Shown here piece after piece: positions 25,688 to 38,043 of a stretch of DNA of 64,000 nt. Source of the stretch: a bacterium (lineage in GTDB: Bacteria; Fidelibacterota; Fidelibacteria; Fidelibacterales; Fidelibacteraceae); the NCBI GenBank assembly GCA_963676395.1, contig OY781066.1, forward strand, positions 448,001 to 512,000, given 5' to 3'. The notes below the pieces were generated by a model that was not told the origin of the DNA, did not search any database, and was given only the letters and a program-made list of their open reading frames with translations. A program made the position numbers and the translations under genes. Each line of letters begins with the position of its first letter. The first letter of the stretch is position 1.

Positions 25688-26130
25688 AATACTATAGCCT
25701 TTCCACCTGCTTTTTCGATCTTTTCTTTAGCAGTTTCGCTGAATGCATCCGCAGTGATTTCCATTGCTTTAGTCATTTCACCGTATGCGAGGATCTTTAC
25801 AGGTATATTCAGTTTCTTGATCAGTCCGAATTTTTTCAATGTTTCAGCATTGACCGTTTTAACATCTTCAAGCAAGTTTAATTCTTGAAGATTAACGATC
25901 TGATATTCTTGACGGAAGCGTTTGTTTGAAAATCCGCGTTTAGGTGTACGACGCTGTAAAGGCATCTGACCACCCTCAAACCAAGGGCGATGCTTTGAAC
26001 CTGAGCGAGATTTCTGGCCGTTCATACCACGCGCTGCGGTTGTACCCCAACCGGAACCCGGTCCACGACCAATTCGCTTTGTCTTTTTAACTTTTGCACC
26101 TTTTGCAGGTGTTAATTTAGATAGACTCAT
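25684..26130 (-). CDS. rplO: 50S ribosomal protein L15
   Basis: GRGPGSG, FEGGQMPL. Confidence 0.97.
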   Translation of the reverse strand: MSLSKLTPAKGAKVKKTKRIGRGPGSGWGTTAARGMNGQKSRSGSKHRPWFEGGQMPLQRRTPKRGFSNKRFRQEYQIVNLQELNLLEDVKTVNAETLKKFGLIKKLNIPVKILAYGEMTKAMEITADAFSETAKEKIEKAGGKAIVL

Positions 26131-26324
26131 TATACTTCCTCCACTTTTAATAGATGAGGAATTTTATTGATCATACCACGAACAGAAGGATTATCGGGCA
26201 ATACGACAGTTTTATGCATTTTGCCAAGACCCAAAGCTTCAATAGTGAGACGAGTCTTTTCACGATAACCGATCGTGCTTTTAATCTGTGTGATCTGAAG
26301 TTTTGCTTCTTTTTTCTTTGCCAT
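26130..26324 (-). CDS. rpmD: 50S ribosomal protein L30
   Basis: ITQIKSTIG...ALGL; start moved to the ATG at 26324. Confidence 0.93.
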   Translation of the reverse strand: MAKKKEAKLQITQIKSTIGYREKTRLTIEALGLGKMHKTVVLPDNPSVRGMINKIPHLLKVEEV

Positions 26325-26325
26325 T

Positions 26326-26829
26326 TTAATTAAAAACCTCCTCAATCGTCACACCGCGTCTTTTTGCAACCATGTAAGCATCTTCGAGTAATTCCAAAGC
26401 GCGCATAGTAGCTTTAACAACGTTATGTGAGTTTGCAGAACCGATAGATTTGGCAAGAATGTCTTTAACTCCAACCTGTTCCATGATAGCACGAACAGGA
26501 CCACCGGCGATAATACCGGTACCGGGAGAAGCCGGTTTGAGCAAGACTTTAGCCGCACCATATTTGGCTGTGATCTCAAAGGGAATGGTTCCGTTTATTA
26601 CAGGCACGCGAATAAGGTTTTTCTTTGCGTCTTCACGTCCTTTATTGATCGCGTCAGTTACTTGGTTTGATTTACCAAGGCCGATTCCAACATGGCCCTT
26701 TGAATCACCGATCGCAACAATAGCGTTGAAACGAAAACGGCGACCACCGGTAACCACCTTAGCGACGCGATTCAGCTTGATTAATTTGCCTTCACTCAAT
26801 TCGAGTTCAGCTGGATTAATTGATCTCAA
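26326..26829 (-). CDS. rpsE: 30S ribosomal protein S5
   Basis: [26 protein letters not shown] start. Confidence 0.96.
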   Translation of the reverse strand: MRSINPAELELSEGKLIKLNRVAKVVTGGRRFRFNAIVAIGDSKGHVGIGLGKSNQVTDAINKGREDAKKNLIRVPVINGTIPFEITAKYGAAKVLLKPASPGTGIIAGGPVRAIMEQVGVKDILAKSIGSANSHNVVKATMRALELLEDAYMVAKRRGVTIEEVFN

Positions 26830-26844
26830 TGCGTTACTCCTTTG

Positions 26845-27216
26845 TTAGAATTCTAAACCGTTTTTACGGCATGCGTCGGCTAAAGCCTGAACGCGGCCGT
26901 GGTAGATGAAACCATTACGATCAAAAACTACAGATGTAATACCTTTAGCTTTTGCTTTTTCCGCAATGGCCTGACCAACACCTTCACTCAATTCAGTCTT
27001 TGACTTGCCTTTAAGGCTTTCACGAAGGTCTTTAGCATATGATGATGCTGAGCAGATTACTTCATGAGTATCGTCATTCACGATTTGAGCAGACATGTGC
27101 ATATTACTTCTATACACAACGAGGCGAGGTCTAGCGGCTGTCCCGGAGAAACGTTTTCTGATACGGGTCTTTTTCTTGATCCGTGCGTCTCGTTTTAATT
27201 TACTTTTACTTTTCAT
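26845..27216 (-). CDS. rplR: 50S ribosomal protein L18
   Basis: RPRLVVYRS, VFDRNGFIYHGRV. Confidence 0.96.
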   Translation of the reverse strand: MKSKSKLKRDARIKKKTRIRKRFSGTAARPRLVVYRSNMHMSAQIVNDDTHEVICSASSYAKDLRESLKGKSKTELSEGVGQAIAEKAKAKGITSVVFDRNGFIYHGRVQALADACRKNGLEF

Positions 27217-27250
27217 TATTGATCCTTTTTCAAATTGGCGCTATTGCTTA

Positions 27251-27793
27251 TTAAGCACCGCCGGCAGCTTTACCGGCCTTACGCTGAATTTGTTCACCCA
27301 CATAACGAACACCCTTACCTTTATAAGGTTCAGGTTTGCGTAATTTGCGGATCTGAGCGGCAACTTCGCCGACCAGTTGTTTATCAATACCATTAACTTT
27401 AATAATGTCACGCTGCATACTGAATTCAATACCTTCAGGAGCGTCCATCAAGATCTGATGTGAGTAACCAAGTGAAAGAAGCAAGCGTTTGTTAGCTCTA
27501 ACTTCACCCTGGTAACCAACGCCAACAATCTGCAAAGCGATCTCATAACCATTTATTACGCCTTCTATCATATTGGCGATAAGGGCACGAGTCAAACCAT
27601 GCAAAGCACGAAATTTCTTTTCGTCGTTTGGACGTTCAACAACAACTTGATTTTCTTCAACTTTGACTGAAATACCTTCAGCGAAGGATTGACTAAGTTC
27701 CCCTTTGGAACCTTTTACAGTAATGACATTATCTTTAACGTCTACCGTTACACCGGCTGGTATATCGATAGGTTTTTTTCCGACTCTCGACAT
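27251..27793 (-). CDS. rplF: 50S ribosomal protein L6
   Basis: MSRVGKKPI, PEPYKGKG. Confidence 0.97.
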   Translation of the reverse strand: MSRVGKKPIDIPAGVTVDVKDNVITVKGSKGELSQSFAEGISVKVEENQVVVERPNDEKKFRALHGLTRALIANMIEGVINGYEIALQIVGVGYQGEVRANKRLLLSLGYSHQILMDAPEGIEFSMQRDIIKVNGIDKQLVGEVAAQIRKLRKPEPYKGKGVRYVGEQIQRKAGKAAGGA

Positions 27794-27805
27794 ATCAATC
27801 CTTTC

Positions 27806-28201
27806 TTACCAAATCTTACATAGATATTCGCCGCCGACCTGCATCTTGCGAGCATCTTTATCGGTGATAACACCGTGAGATGTTGACAGGATACCGATAC
27901 CTAAACCATTGTTTACACGGGGGATATCTGTACTTTTAACATACATTCTACGACCGGGTTTACTAACTCGTTCGAGAGTGTAAATCACAGGACGTCCGTC
28001 TTCCTGATATTTCAGGTATAAACGGAGCATTCCTTGTTTACCATCTTCGATCAAGATAAAATCCTTAATGTAACCCTTTTCCTTGAGCACAAGAGATATC
28101 CTGGCTTTCAATTTTGAAGCCGGGATCTCTACCCAGGGATGTCCTGCTTTAGACGCGTTTCTAATACGTGTCAAAAAATCTGCAATGGGATCTGTTACCA
28201 T
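27806..28201 (-). CDS. rpsH: 30S ribosomal protein S8
   Basis: DPIADFLTRIRNA, SKPGRR. Confidence 0.97.
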   Translation of the reverse strand: MVTDPIADFLTRIRNASKAGHPWVEIPASKLKARISLVLKEKGYIKDFILIEDGKQGMLRLYLKYQEDGRPVIYTLERVSKPGRRMYVKSTDIPRVNNGLGIGILSTSHGVITDKDARKMQVGGEYLCKIW

Positions 28202-28214
28202 TTTTTACCTCTTT

Positions 28215-28400
28215 TTACCAACTTGCCTTTGTTACACCGGGAATTTCACCCCTTAAAGCCAGTTCACGAAAACAGATTCGGCAAAGGCCGAATTTTCTGT
28301 ACACGGATTTTGGACGACCGCAACGTGAGCAGCGGGTGTACTTCCGTGATGAGAACTTGGGTTCGCGCTTAGCTTTAGCAATTAATGATTTTTTTGCCAT
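28215..28400 (-). CDS. rpsN: 30S ribosomal protein S14 (type Z)
   Basis: CSRCGR...CRICFRE...KASW. Confidence 0.96.
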   Translation of the reverse strand: MAKKSLIAKAKREPKFSSRKYTRCSRCGRPKSVYRKFGLCRICFRELALRGEIPGVTKASW

Positions 28401-28414
28401 AACAACACTTTTCC

Positions 28415-28975
28415 TTATTTTTCGTCACGTCTTACAAAGGGGAAACCAAAACCTTTCAGCAATTCATGTGCTTCCTGGTCTGTGTTTGCCGTTGTAGTAA
28501 ACGTAACATTCATTCCGCGAACAACGTCAACTTTATCGTAATCAATTTCAGGGAAGATGATCTGTTCGGTAATACCGATAGAATAGTTTCCCTGACCGTC
28601 GAAGGCTTTATCCGATAGGCCGTTGAAGTCACGCACACGCGGTAACGCAACATTGATGAATCTGTTTAAAAATTCATACATATTGACATCACGGAGGGTG
28701 ACCATAAGACCAACAGGATCGCCTTTACGGATCTTGAAGTTCGAAATAGCTTTCTTCGCATAGGTTATCACCGGTTTTTGACCGGCAATTGTTGTTAGAT
28801 CATTCAGAGCATTTTCCAATATGCTTTTGTCATCACGAGCATTGCCTAAGCCGATGCTTAATGTGATTTTTGTAAGCTTTGGAACCTGCATCACATTCTT
28901 ATACCCGAAGGTTTTAATAAGAGCTGGTGTGATCTCTTCTTTAAATTTCTTGTGTAATGATGGGATATTGCTCAT
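28415..28975 (-). CDS. rplE: 50S ribosomal protein L5
   Basis: [23 protein letters not shown]; start moved to the ATG at 28975. Confidence 0.96.
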   Translation of the reverse strand: MSNIPSLHKKFKEEITPALIKTFGYKNVMQVPKLTKITLSIGLGNARDDKSILENALNDLTTIAGQKPVITYAKKAISNFKIRKGDPVGLMVTLRDVNMYEFLNRFINVALPRVRDFNGLSDKAFDGQGNYSIGITEQIIFPEIDYDKVDVVRGMNVTFTTTANTDQEAHELLKGFGFPFVRRDEK

Positions 28976-28977
28976 TC

Positions 28978-29289
28978 TTATTTCCCTTCCACAGTTTCGC
29001 CCGTTTTCTTGGAATAACGTACTTTTGAACCGTCTTTCAAAATACGATTTCCAATCCGGGTCGGCGTACCATTTACAATCAACATACAATTGGACGCATG
29101 GATTGCGGCTTCTTTTTCAATAATGCCGCCTTGAGGATTTTGCTGACTGGGACGGGTAGCGCGTTTTACAAGGTTTACACCTTCGACGATCACGCGATTT
29201 TTATCAAGAAAGATCTTAAGAACCTTTCCTTCTTTACCCTTGTATTTGCCGGCAATAATCTTTACTACATCACCTTTTTTGATATGCAC
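28978..29289 (-). CDS. rplX: 50S ribosomal protein L24
   Basis: [17 protein letters not shown] motif; GTG start. Confidence 0.96.
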   Translation of the reverse strand: MHIKKGDVVKIIAGKYKGKEGKVLKIFLDKNRVIVEGVNLVKRATRPSQQNPQGGIIEKEAAIHASNCMLIVNGTPTRIGNRILKDGSKVRYSKKTGETVEGK

Positions 29290-29300
29290 AGTTATTCTCC

Positions 29301-29669
29301 TTACAGTACTTCAGGCGCCATTGACACGATCTTCATGTAATGCTTCTCGCGCAATTCACGAGCGACCGGGCCAAAAATACGAGTTCCCAGAGGTTCTCCC
29401 TGCGCGTTGATCAATACGACCGCATTATCGTCAAAACGAATATAAGATCCATCCTGACGGCCAACTTCTTTATTGGTACGAACAATGACAGCTTGTGAAA
29501 TATCACTCTTCTTAGCACTGCCACCCGGTATCGCTTGTTTTACTGTGACAACGATCACATCGCCAACACTCGCATAACGGCGACCGGTTCCGCCCAATAC
29601 CTTAATGCATTGAACAACTTTTGCACCTGTGTTGTCAGCAACTTTTAATTTACTTTCAACTTGAATCAT
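29301..29669 (-). CDS. rplN: 50S ribosomal protein L14
   Basis: [20 protein letters not shown]. Confidence 0.97.
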   Translation of the reverse strand: MIQVESKLKVADNTGAKVVQCIKVLGGTGRRYASVGDVIVVTVKQAIPGGSAKKSDISQAVIVRTNKEVGRQDGSYIRFDDNAVVLINAQGEPLGTRIFGPVARELREKHYMKIVSMAPEVL

Positions 29670-29695
29670 CGTTTATCTGCCTTTCAACTTTGATG

Positions 29696-29959
29696 CTATT
29701 TAGCGTCTGGTGCGTGATCAAGTATTTCATTGACCCGCCAACGCTTATTACGACTCATCGGGCGTGCTTCAACAATGGAAATGGTATCACCAATTCTGCA
29801 AGCATTCTCTTCATCATGAGCCATGAATTTCTGGCTCTGTGAGATGTACTTCCCATATACGGGATGTTTGATACGCAGGCTGACCTTTACGGTGACCGTT
29901 TTATCCATCTTGTTGCTTACAACAACACCGATTTTCTCTTTACGATTTTTATATGACAT
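29696..29959 (-). CDS. rpsQ: 30S ribosomal protein S17
   Basis: [20 protein letters not shown]. Confidence 0.96.
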   Translation of the reverse strand: MSYKNRKEKIGVVVSNKMDKTVTVKVSLRIKHPVYGKYISQSQKFMAHDEENACRIGDTISIVEARPMSRNKRWRVNEILDHAPDAK

Positions 29960-29973
29960 TTCTGAACTTCCTG

Positions 29974-30177
29974 TTATTTACGCAATCCGAGTTCATATTC
30001 ATGAAGAATTGTTTTCAGCTGAGCAACTTCCCTTTTCAAATATTTCATTTGACCGGGGTTTTCAAGCTGCTGTAGAGCGTGCTGGAAACGAAGATTCATC
30101 AATGCTTCTTCGTCATCACGTAATTTTACAATCACTTCATCTTTCGTTAATTCTTTTAATTCGGCTTTCGATAACAT
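29974..30177 (-). CDS. rpmC: 50S ribosomal protein L29
   Basis: LMNLRFQ...LENP; position in the S10 operon. Confidence 0.93.
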   Translation of the reverse strand: MLSKAELKELTKDEVIVKLRDDEEALMNLRFQHALQQLENPGQMKYLKREVAQLKTILHEYELGLRK

Positions 30178-30181
30178 TTCA

Positions 30182-30601
30182 TTATCCTCCCAACTCGCGT
30201 CTTTTGACCATTTTAGCCTTGATGGGCAATTTGTGAGCGGCCAGACGGAAAGCTTCTTTTGCCATCTCTTCCGTTACACCTTCCACTTCGAATAGAATTC
30301 GACCGGGTTTAACCACAGCAACCCAGAACTCAGGTCCACCTTTACCTTTACCCTGACGGGTTTCAGCAGGTTTCTTTGATACTGGTTTGTCGGGGAAGAT
30401 ACGAATCCACATTTTACCGTGTTTACGAACGATACGTGATATGGCAACACGGGCGGCCTCAATCTGACGAGAAGTGATCCATGCAGCTTCGGTGGCTTTT
30501 AAACCATAATCACCAAAACTAACTGTTGAACCACGGTAAGCCAAACCTGTTCGGCGTCCGCGATGTTGTTTTCTGTATTTTACCTTTCTAGGCACTAACA
30601 T
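30182..30601 (-). CDS. rplP: 50S ribosomal protein L16
   Basis: [16 protein letters not shown]. Confidence 0.97.
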   Translation of the reverse strand: MLVPRKVKYRKQHRGRRTGLAYRGSTVSFGDYGLKATEAAWITSRQIEAARVAISRIVRKHGKMWIRIFPDKPVSKKPAETRQGKGKGGPEFWVAVVKPGRILFEVEGVTEEMAKEAFRLAAHKLPIKAKMVKRRELGG

Positions 30602-30619
30602 TGTCTAACTCCATTCCTG

Positions 30620-31249
30620 TTAGATTGTAGAGACTTCACCGTTGCAGATCCAAATCTTAATACCGATCGCACCGTATGTGGTGAACGCTGTTACTTCAGC
30701 ATAATCGATATCTGAACGCAGGGTATGCAATGGAACACGACCTTCGCGGGCTGTTTCCTTACGAGCCATTTCGGCACCGCCGAGACGACCTGACAATTGG
30801 ATACGAATACCTTCAGCTCCCTGACGCATAGTATTTTGAATGCTACGCTTCAATATACGGCGGAAAGGCATTTTTTTAACCAACTGCTGTGCAATATTCT
30901 CACCAACGAGATGCGCATTCAGTTCGGGTTTTTTGATTTCTACAACATTTACGTTTACGTCAAATTGGGTCAGCTTCCTGATCTCTTCACGTAACTGGTC
31001 AACTTCTTTACCTTTGGCTCCGATCACTACACCGGGACGCGATGTGTGAATCGTAATGGAGATCGCTTTTGATGTACGTTCAATTTCGATCTTAGCAACA
31101 CCGGCATTAGCCAGACGCTTTTTCAAATATTTACGAAGCATCAGATCTTCATTGAGTTTTGCAGCAAAATTGCGCTCATCATACCAGTTAGAGAGCCATT
31201 CCCTTGTTATACCAAGACGAAAACCATATGGATGTGTTTTTTGACCCAA
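30620..31249 (-). CDS. rpsC: 30S ribosomal protein S3
   Basis: MGQKTHPYGFRLG, GRVPLHTLR; TTG start. Confidence 0.97.
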   Translation of the reverse strand: MGQKTHPYGFRLGITREWLSNWYDERNFAAKLNEDLMLRKYLKKRLANAGVAKIEIERTSKAISITIHTSRPGVVIGAKGKEVDQLREEIRKLTQFDVNVNVVEIKKPELNAHLVGENIAQQLVKKMPFRRILKRSIQNTMRQGAEGIRIQLSGRLGGAEMARKETAREGRVPLHTLRSDIDYAEVTAFTTYGAIGIKIWICNGEVSTI

Positions 31250-31252
31250 GGT

Positions 31253-31630
31253 TTACTCCTTCTCTTTCGTATCGGCGACAACTTCTTCTTCAAGAGTTGA
31301 CACTACGATCGTTAAATGACATGTGCGCTTGCGAATCATATAGGCACGCCCCATTGAACGCGGTTGGATTCGTTTCATAACCGGACCCTGATCCGCGTAA
31401 GCTTCGGCGATGATCAATTCGTCTGTGTTAACTTTTGCACCTTCTTCTGTATTCAAAAGATTTGAAACAGCTGAGCGTGTTGTCAACTCAACGATCTTCG
31501 CTGATTTTTTGGGCATGTATGCAAGCATATTCAAGACTGTGTTCACCTGTTTGCCACGGACCATGTCCAGCAAAGGCTTCATTTTCTTGGCACTATGTCT
31601 TATGTACTTATTTACTGCACGAGCTTTCAT
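31253..31630 (-). CDS. rplV: 50S ribosomal protein L22
   Basis: PRSMGRA..IRKRTCHLTI. Confidence 0.96.
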   Translation of the reverse strand: MKARAVNKYIRHSAKKMKPLLDMVRGKQVNTVLNMLAYMPKKSAKIVELTTRSAVSNLLNTEEGAKVNTDELIIAEAYADQGPVMKRIQPRSMGRAYMIRKRTCHLTIVVSTLEEEVVADTKEKE

Positions 31631-31647
31631 TATTTACCTACTCTTGT

Positions 31648-31905
31648 TTATGACTTATGTCCGCGGTATGTCCGCGTAGGTGAAAATTCGCCTAATTTAT
31701 GTCCGACCATATTTTCGGTGACATAAACCGGGATGAATTTTGTTCCGTTATGCACTGCAAAAGTGAAACCGACGAAATCAGGTAGTATTGTAGAACGACG
31801 TGACCAAGTTTTGATCACTTTCTTCTTCCCCGATTCCACCATTACATCAACTTTCTTTACCAGTGAAGCGTCGACATAAGGACCTTTTTTTAATGACCTA
31901 GGCAT
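31648..31905 (-). CDS. rpsS: 30S ribosomal protein S19
   Basis: [22 protein letters not shown]. Confidence 0.97.
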   Translation of the reverse strand: MPRSLKKGPYVDASLVKKVDVMVESGKKKVIKTWSRRSTILPDFVGFTFAVHNGTKFIPVYVTENMVGHKLGEFSPTRTYRGHKS

Positions 31906-31917
31906 ATGTATTCACCT

Positions 31918-32748
31918 TTACTTTTTCTTCCGACGTGCAACAATGTATTTGTTGCTCGGATTATTTTTCTTACGGGTTTTATAACCTTTGGTCGGTTTAC
32001 CCCAAGGTGTACGTGGATGTCCACCACCGGAGGTTCTACCTTCACCACCGCCCATGGGGTGGTCAACCGGGTTCATAGCAACACCACGAACTTTCGGGCG
32101 TTTGCCTTTCCAGCGGTTACGGCCGGCTTTACCCAAGGTAACATTCTGATGATCTTTATTACCTACTTCGCCAATTGTTGCCAGGCAAGTCTCAAGGATC
32201 ATTCTCATTTCACCTGAAGGTAATTTGATCGTTACATATTTTCCCTCTTTCGCCATGATCTGTGCGCCAGCACCTGCACCACGTGCGATTTGGGCTCCCT
32301 TACCAGGTTTCATTTCAATGTTATGTACCATTGTACCTGCAGGGATATCTTTTAAAGGTAACGCATTCCCTCTTTTGATGGGTGCGTCTGAACCGGAGAT
32401 CAGCTGGTCACCAACTTGAATGCCCTCTGGTGCGATGATGTATCTTTTTTCACCATCTGCATAAATTAGCAGGGCAATATTAGCCGAACGGTTAGGATCG
32501 TATTCAATAGCTGCAACGCGTGACGGTACCCCAAACTTTTCGCGTCTGAAATCGACGATACGATAATGACGTTTATGTCCGCCACCTCGTCTACGTGAGG
32601 TTACTCGACCGTTATTGTTACGACCACCGCTTTTTGGATTCGGTTTCAGCAATGATTTTTCCGGTGCTTTTTTTGTCAATTCGTCAAAAACCAATGTGGT
32701 TTTGTAACGTTGACCCGGAGTGTGCGGTTTGTAGCTCTTTAAAGCCAT
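31918..32748 (-). CDS. rplB: 50S ribosomal protein L2
   Basis: [25 protein letters not shown]. Confidence 0.98.
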   Translation of the reverse strand: MALKSYKPHTPGQRYKTTLVFDELTKKAPEKSLLKPNPKSGGRNNNGRVTSRRRGGGHKRHYRIVDFRREKFGVPSRVAAIEYDPNRSANIALLIYADGEKRYIIAPEGIQVGDQLISGSDAPIKRGNALPLKDIPAGTMVHNIEMKPGKGAQIARGAGAGAQIMAKEGKYVTIKLPSGEMRMILETCLATIGEVGNKDHQNVTLGKAGRNRWKGKRPKVRGVAMNPVDHPMGGGEGRTSGGGHPRTPWGKPTKGYKTRKKNNPSNKYIVARRKKK

Positions 32749-32762
32749 ATGATTCCTATTCC

Positions 32763-33080
32763 TTAAACAGCAGTTTCGCCTTCAAAGAAATCAATACGAT
32801 CACCTTCAGCAAGGGTTACGATCGCTTTTTTCCAATTTGATCGTCTACCTTCTGTGCGGATCACGCGTCCACCCGAGCGGACTGTCATTGATTTCACTTT
32901 ACCTTTTCTATTCATCGTTGCAACGTCGGTAACTTTAACATTGAAACGATCTTCTATCGCCTTCTTGATCTCAATCTTGTTAGCATCAGGAGCTACGACA
33001 AATGCATACTTGCCCATCTCTTCGCCCATGATACTGATCTTTTCTGTCAAGATCGGCCGGATGATGATATTTTTTTTCAT
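32763..33080 (-). CDS. rplW: 50S ribosomal protein L23
   Basis: [21 protein letters not shown]. Confidence 0.96.
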   Translation of the reverse strand: MKKNIIIRPILTEKISIMGEEMGKYAFVVAPDANKIEIKKAIEDRFNVKVTDVATMNRKGKVKSMTVRSGGRVIRTEGRRSNWKKAIVTLAEGDRIDFFEGETAV

Positions 33081-33095
33081 TCTTTCACCATTCCC

Positions 33096-33722
33096 CTACT
33101 TTAGGGCCTCGTTGATGCTCTTAACGGCTGATTTTTCAATAACAAGAACGTCACAGTCCATGATCTCATAAGTTGAAGCTCTTTCAGCAGACACAACATA
33201 TACATTGGGGATATTGCGCGCTGCCAAATAGAGGTTCTCTTCAATTTCAGGAACCAGGATGGTTAGTTTCTTGCCCGACAAACCAAGTGTGTCAAGAATT
33301 GTTGCAAGGCTTTTTGTTTTTGCTTCTTTCAGTTTGAAATCGTTGACGACCTTGACGGCTTTTTCGTTCATCTTCATGGAGAGAGCTGAACGACGAGCCA
33401 GTCGTTTAACCTTTTTAGGAAGCTTGGTTGTATAGAGGTGAGGTACGGGACCAAACGCTCTACCACCGCCAACCCAGACAGGAGAACGACGAGAACCGGA
33501 ACGAGCCGTACCGCGTCCTTTCTGTTTCCAGGGTTTAGCGCCACCACCACGTGCTTCGCCGCGAGTCTTGGTTTTATGTGTACCTTGACGCATATTAGCC
33601 AATTCGGCTTTTACAGCGAGGTAAATGGTATGTTCATTAGGTTCAATACCAAATACTTCTTTCGCCAGATCCACTTTCTTTTCAAGCTTTTCGCCATTTG
33701 CTTTGTAAACGTCTAATTTCAT
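33096..33722 (-). CDS. rplD: 50S ribosomal protein L4
   Basis: [17 protein letters not shown] overlaps the rplC stop (ATGA). Confidence 0.96.
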   Translation of the reverse strand: MKLDVYKANGEKLEKKVDLAKEVFGIEPNEHTIYLAVKAELANMRQGTHKTKTRGEARGGGAKPWKQKGRGTARSGSRRSPVWVGGGRAFGPVPHLYTTKLPKKVKRLARRSALSMKMNEKAVKVVNDFKLKEAKTKSLATILDTLGLSGKKLTILVPEIEENLYLAARNIPNVYVVSAERASTYEIMDCDVLVIEKSAVKSINEALK

Positions 33723-34348
33723 TCCCAATCTCCCGCTTTAACAAGTTGAACTATGCCGTTCCGGGATCCGGGAACGCTTCCTTTTACCAGCAAAATGTTT
33801 TTGTCTGATCGGATCTCAACTACTTCGAGATTCCTTACTGTCACTGTTTCGTTACCCATTTGACCGGCCATGCGCATACCTTTCCAAACTCTGGAAGGGG
33901 ATGAACCAGCACCGATCGAACCGGGTGCACGTAAACGGTCTTTCTGACCGTGTGACTTTGGGCCGCCGCTGAAGTTGTGTCGTTTCATAGTACCCTGAAA
34001 ACCCTTACCTTTGGATTTTCCGGTTACTGCTACAATGTCGCCTTTTTCGAAAATGTCAACATTGATCACGTCGCCAACTTTAACACCGTCCACTTCTTCC
34101 AAACGAAATTCTTTCAAGGTACGCAATACTTTGCCGGCGCTTTTCAAGTGACCAAGCTCAGGTTTGGTAACTACCTTTTCCCTTACTTCGTCAAAGCCGA
34201 CTTGTACTGCGGTATACCCATCAGTCTCGTCTGTCTTGATCTGTGTTACATAGCATGGGCCCGCTTCGATAACGGTTACCGGAATGTTCCGACCGAACTC
34301 ATCGAAAATACGAGTCATACCAATTTTTTTACCTATGATTCCGTTCAC
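33719..34348 (-). CDS. rplC: 50S ribosomal protein L3
   Basis: GKKIGMT, KGKGFQG, RAPGSIG; GTG start. Confidence 0.97.
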   Translation of the reverse strand: MNGIIGKKIGMTRIFDEFGRNIPVTVIEAGPCYVTQIKTDETDGYTAVQVGFDEVREKVVTKPELGHLKSAGKVLRTLKEFRLEEVDGVKVGDVINVDIFEKGDIVAVTGKSKGKGFQGTMKRHNFSGGPKSHGQKDRLRAPGSIGAGSSPSRVWKGMRMAGQMGNETVTVRNLEVVEIRSDKNILLVKGSVPGSRNGIVQLVKAGDWE

Positions 34349-34356
34349 AGTTTTAA

Positions 34357-34405
34357 CCTTTTCTATTCATAGGGGCGTATCCTATGCGAAAAGAGGCCCC
34401 TAATG
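34357..34405 (-). promoter_or_regulatory. Structured rpsJ-rplC intergenic element (two alternative folds)
   Basis: AGGGGC/GCCCCT stem versus nested TCTTTTC/GAAAAGG plus CATAGG/CCTATG stems. Confidence 0.45.
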
Positions 34406-34417
34406 TTTTGGTTTTCG

Positions 34418-34726
34418 TTAAACCTTAATTTCAATATCCACACCTGCCGGAAGATCCAGCTTCATCAATTCATCGATGGTTTTAGTCGTGGTATTCAGGA
34501 TTTCAACAATACGTTTGTGCACTTTGATCTGAAATTGTTCACGTGATTTTTTATTAACGTGAGGTGAACGGTTAACCGTTACAACCGAACGTTTTGTAGG
34601 CAGAGGAATGGGGCCTGAGATAACGGCTCCGGTTGCCTTTGCACGCTGAACAATCTTCTCTGTTGATTTATCAAGAAGGTTGTGATCGTATGACTTTAAC
34701 GCAATGCGTATTTTTTGTCCTGCCAT
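34418..34726 (-). CDS. rpsJ: 30S ribosomal protein S10
   Basis: [31 protein letters not shown]. Confidence 0.98.
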   Translation of the reverse strand: MAGQKIRIALKSYDHNLLDKSTEKIVQRAKATGAVISGPIPLPTKRSVVTVNRSPHVNKKSREQFQIKVHKRIVEILNTTTKTIDELMKLDLPAGVDIEIKV

Positions 34727-34744
34727 AATGCTTTATGCCTTTAG

Positions 34745-35938
34745 TTATTCAATAATTTTTGTTACAACACCGGCACCTACGGTACGACCACCTTCGCGAA
34801 TAGCGAAGCGTAGCTCTTCTTCCATAGCGATCGGTACGATAAGTTCAACTTCAGCTTCGATATTATCGCCGGGCATTACCATTTCAACGCCATCAGGAAG
34901 TTTGATCGAACCGGTCACGTCCGTTGTACGGAAGTAAAACTGAGGACGATAGCCATCCATGAACGGAGTATGACGGCCGCCTTCTTCTTTCTTCAGGACG
35001 TAAAACTTAGCCATGAACTTGGTGTGAGGTGTAATGGATTTCGGCGCTGCGATAACCTGTCCGCGACGCAACCATTCTTTGTCAATTCCGCGTAGCAAAA
35101 GACCTGCGTTATCTCCGGCTTCTCCACGATCCAACAATTTGCGGAACATTTCAACGCCTGTTACAACTGTCTTCTTGCCTTCAGGGTGGATACCCAGGAT
35201 CTCAACTTCTTCTCCGACCTTGATCACACCGCGTTCGATTCTTCCGGTACCTACCGTACCACGACCCGTGATTGAAAATACATCTTCAACCGGCATCAGG
35301 AAGGGTTTGTCTACCGCGCGCTGAGGTTCAGGAATATAATTGTCGACCGCTTCCATCAATTCCATGATGCTTTTGGTCTTTTCCGGATCTGTAGGATTGT
35401 TCAATGCTTCAAGTGCTGAACCTTTGATGATCGGAATGTCATCACCGGGGAAATCATATTCGCTTAAGAGTTCGCGAAGTTCCATTTCTACCAGTTCCAA
35501 CAATTCAGGGTCATCTACCATATCAACTTTGTTCATATAAACAACCATTGAAGGAACGTTAACCTGGTGGGCCAACAGAACATGTTCGCGAGTCTGAGGC
35601 ATAGGGCCGTCAGCTGCGGATACAACCAGAATAGCTCCGTCCATCTGTGCTGCTCCGGTGATCATATTTTTAATATAATCGGCATGTCCGGGACAATCAA
35701 CGTGAGCATAGTGTCTACTCTCTGTTTCATATTCAACGTGAGCGGTGGCAATTGTGATACCGCGTTCGCGTTCTTCTGGTGCGTTGTCAATACTATCGAA
35801 CGAACGAACTTCTGCGCCACCTGCGATAGCCAATACTGAAGTAATAGCTGCCGTCAGTGTCGTCTTACCATGATCTACGTGACCGATCGTTCCTACGTTC
35901 ACGTGCGGTTTAGTACGTTCAAATTTTGCTTTAGCCAT
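34745..35938 (-). CDS. tuf: Elongation factor Tu (str-operon copy)
   Basis: [18 protein letters not shown]. Confidence 0.98.
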   Translation of the reverse strand: MAKAKFERTKPHVNVGTIGHVDHGKTTLTAAITSVLAIAGGAEVRSFDSIDNAPEERERGITIATAHVEYETESRHYAHVDCPGHADYIKNMITGAAQMDGAILVVSAADGPMPQTREHVLLAHQVNVPSMVVYMNKVDMVDDPELLELVEMELRELLSEYDFPGDDIPIIKGSALEALNNPTDPEKTKSIMELMEAVDNYIPEPQRAVDKPFLMPVEDVFSITGRGTVGTGRIERGVIKVGEEVEILGIHPEGKKTVVTGVEMFRKLLDRGEAGDNAGLLLRGIDKEWLRRGQVIAAPKSITPHTKFMAKFYVLKKEEGGRHTPFMDGYRPQFYFRTTDVTGSIKLPDGVEMVMPGDNIEAEVELIVPIAMEEELRFAIREGGRTVGAGVVTKIIE

Positions 35939-35960
35939 GTGAAATACTCCTTTGTTTCAC

Positions 35961-38018
35961 TTATTGTATTTTTTCCGCAATACTTGCGGGAGCAGGTGCG
36001 TAATGATCGAACTGCATCGTAAACACCGCTCTTCCTTGGGTGATAGATCTCAAGTCTGTTGCATAACCGAACATCCCGGCTAAAGGAACATCGGCATTCA
36101 AGACCTGGGCATCGTTTCGAGGGATCATTCCTTTGATCTGTCCTCTCCTCGAAGTGAGGTCACCCATTACATCTCCTAGATACTCATCCGGAGTAACTAC
36201 CTCAACGGCCATGATCGGTTCAAGCAAGATAGCTCCTGCTTGACGGACGGCTTTTTGAAAAGCAATACTTCCGGCTGCTCTAAACGCCATTTCAGATGAA
36301 TCAACCGGATGGTGATTACCGTCAACTAGCGTGATTCTTACATCTTCAATCGGATATCCCTTAAGAACACCGGTCTTACATGCATCTCGCATTCCGCGCT
36401 CAACAGCGGGAATATATTCTTTAGGGATTGCTCCACCCACGATCTTATTCACAAATTCGAAACCCTTACCAACTTCTGAAGGTTCCACATTGATCTTAAC
36501 GCGAGCATATTGTCCTTTACCACCGGTCTGTTTTTTAAAAATCTCATCAATCGTCGCTGCTTTCGTGATCGTTTCTTTATAAGCGACTTGAGGTTTACCG
36601 ACGTGTGCTTGAACTTTAAATTCGCGTTTTAGGCGGTCAACAATGATATCAAGGTGAAGTTCACCCATACCCCAAATAATTGTCTGACCCGTTGACTCTT
36701 CAAACTTAACCTGAAAAGTCGGATCTTCATCGGCCAATTTTATCAAACCGTCTGTCAATGCATCATGATCTGCTTTTGAAGCAGGCTCAATAGCTACATT
36801 GATCACAGGATCCGGAAAGTCCATTTCCTCCAAAACGATCTGATTCTTCTCATCACATAATGTCTGGCCCGTTCTTGTGTTTTTTAAACCAACAACCGCA
36901 ACGATCTCACCTGCATATGCAACTTTGATATCTTCACGTTTATTGGCGTGCATCTTGAGAATTCGGCCAAAGCGTTCACGCTTGCCGTTCTCAGAATTTA
37001 TCATATATTTACCCGCTTCAACCGTACCACTGTATATACGTAGGTAAGTTAAGCGTCCGACATAAGGGTCGGTCATGATCTTAAAAGCCAAGGCTGAAAA
37101 AGGTTCATCAGCGTCCGCTTTGCGAACGACAACCTTATCACTCTTGGGGTCTTTTCCTTCAACTGCAGGTACATCCAACGGTGAAGGAAGATATTCAACA
37201 ACAGCATTCAATAATTCTTGAACACCCTTGTTCTTGAAAGCTGAGCCGCATAGTACCGGGATTAAATCTCCCTTGATGGCACCTACGCGAATCGCATCTT
37301 TCAATTCTTTTTCTGTCAACTCTTCACCCTCAAGATATTTCTCAAGTAGTGAATCGTCGTAGGAAGCGACTTCTTCGACCAAATGATAGCGGTATTCTTC
37401 AACCTTCTCAGCCATATCCTTAGGGATAGGACCATATTCAAAATCCATGCCCAAAGATTCTTCTTTGTAAAGGATCGAACGATTATTAATAAGATCGATA
37501 ATACCTGTAAACATATCACCTGAACCGATAGGCAGGAATACCGGAAGTGGATTAGCGCCTAAACGCTTACGAATCATATCCAGTACATTATAAAAGTCTG
37601 CGCCCGCACGATCCATTTTATTAACAAATGCGATACGAGGCACAGCATATGTATTTGCCTGCTTCCAAACGGTTTCGGACTGAGGCTCTACCCCACCGAC
37701 ACCACAAAATAACGCAACCGCTCCGTCAAGTACTCGTAATGAGCGCTCAACTTCAGCGGTAAAATCTACGTGTCCGGGTGTATCAATAATATTGATACGA
37801 TTTTTACCCCAGGAACAGGTGGTAGCAGCTGATGTGATAGTAATACCACGTTCACGCTCCTGATCCATCCAGTCCATAACAGCCGTACCTTCGTGTACTT
37901 CACCAATTCGATGAGAAACGCCGGTATAGTACAGAATACGCTCAGTCGTCGTGGTTTTGCCCGCGTCGATATGAGCCATAATTCCAATATTTCGTACTTT
38001 TGATAAGTCTACTGCCAC
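35961..38018 (-). CDS. fusA: Elongation factor G
   Basis: [27 protein letters not shown] start. Confidence 0.98.
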   Translation of the reverse strand: MAVDLSKVRNIGIMAHIDAGKTTTTERILYYTGVSHRIGEVHEGTAVMDWMDQERERGITITSAATTCSWGKNRINIIDTPGHVDFTAEVERSLRVLDGAVALFCGVGGVEPQSETVWKQANTYAVPRIAFVNKMDRAGADFYNVLDMIRKRLGANPLPVFLPIGSGDMFTGIIDLINNRSILYKEESLGMDFEYGPIPKDMAEKVEEYRYHLVEEVASYDDSLLEKYLEGEELTEKELKDAIRVGAIKGDLIPVLCGSAFKNKGVQELLNAVVEYLPSPLDVPAVEGKDPKSDKVVVRKADADEPFSALAFKIMTDPYVGRLTYLRIYSGTVEAGKYMINSENGKRERFGRILKMHANKREDIKVAYAGEIVAVVGLKNTRTGQTLCDEKNQIVLEEMDFPDPVINVAIEPASKADHDALTDGLIKLADEDPTFQVKFEESTGQTIIWGMGELHLDIIVDRLKREFKVQAHVGKPQVAYKETITKAATIDEIFKKQTGGKGQYARVKINVEPSEVGKGFEFVNKIVGGAIPKEYIPAVERGMRDACKTGVLKGYPIEDVRITLVDGNHHPVDSSEMAFRAAGSIAFQKAVRQAGAILLEPIMAVEVVTPDEYLGDVMGDLTSRRGQIKGMIPRNDAQVLNADVPLAGMFGYATDLRSITQGRAVFTMQFDHYAPAPASIAEKIQ

Positions 38019-38043
38019 GTATTTTTACCTTTCCCTCACGGGC

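Noticed and set aside
28976..29089. Apparent N-terminal extension of L5 (likewise S12, L30, L1, the mutase and CPBP in the track)
   Set aside because: Longest-ORF artefacts; downstream ATGs match the homologous N-termini or SD positions
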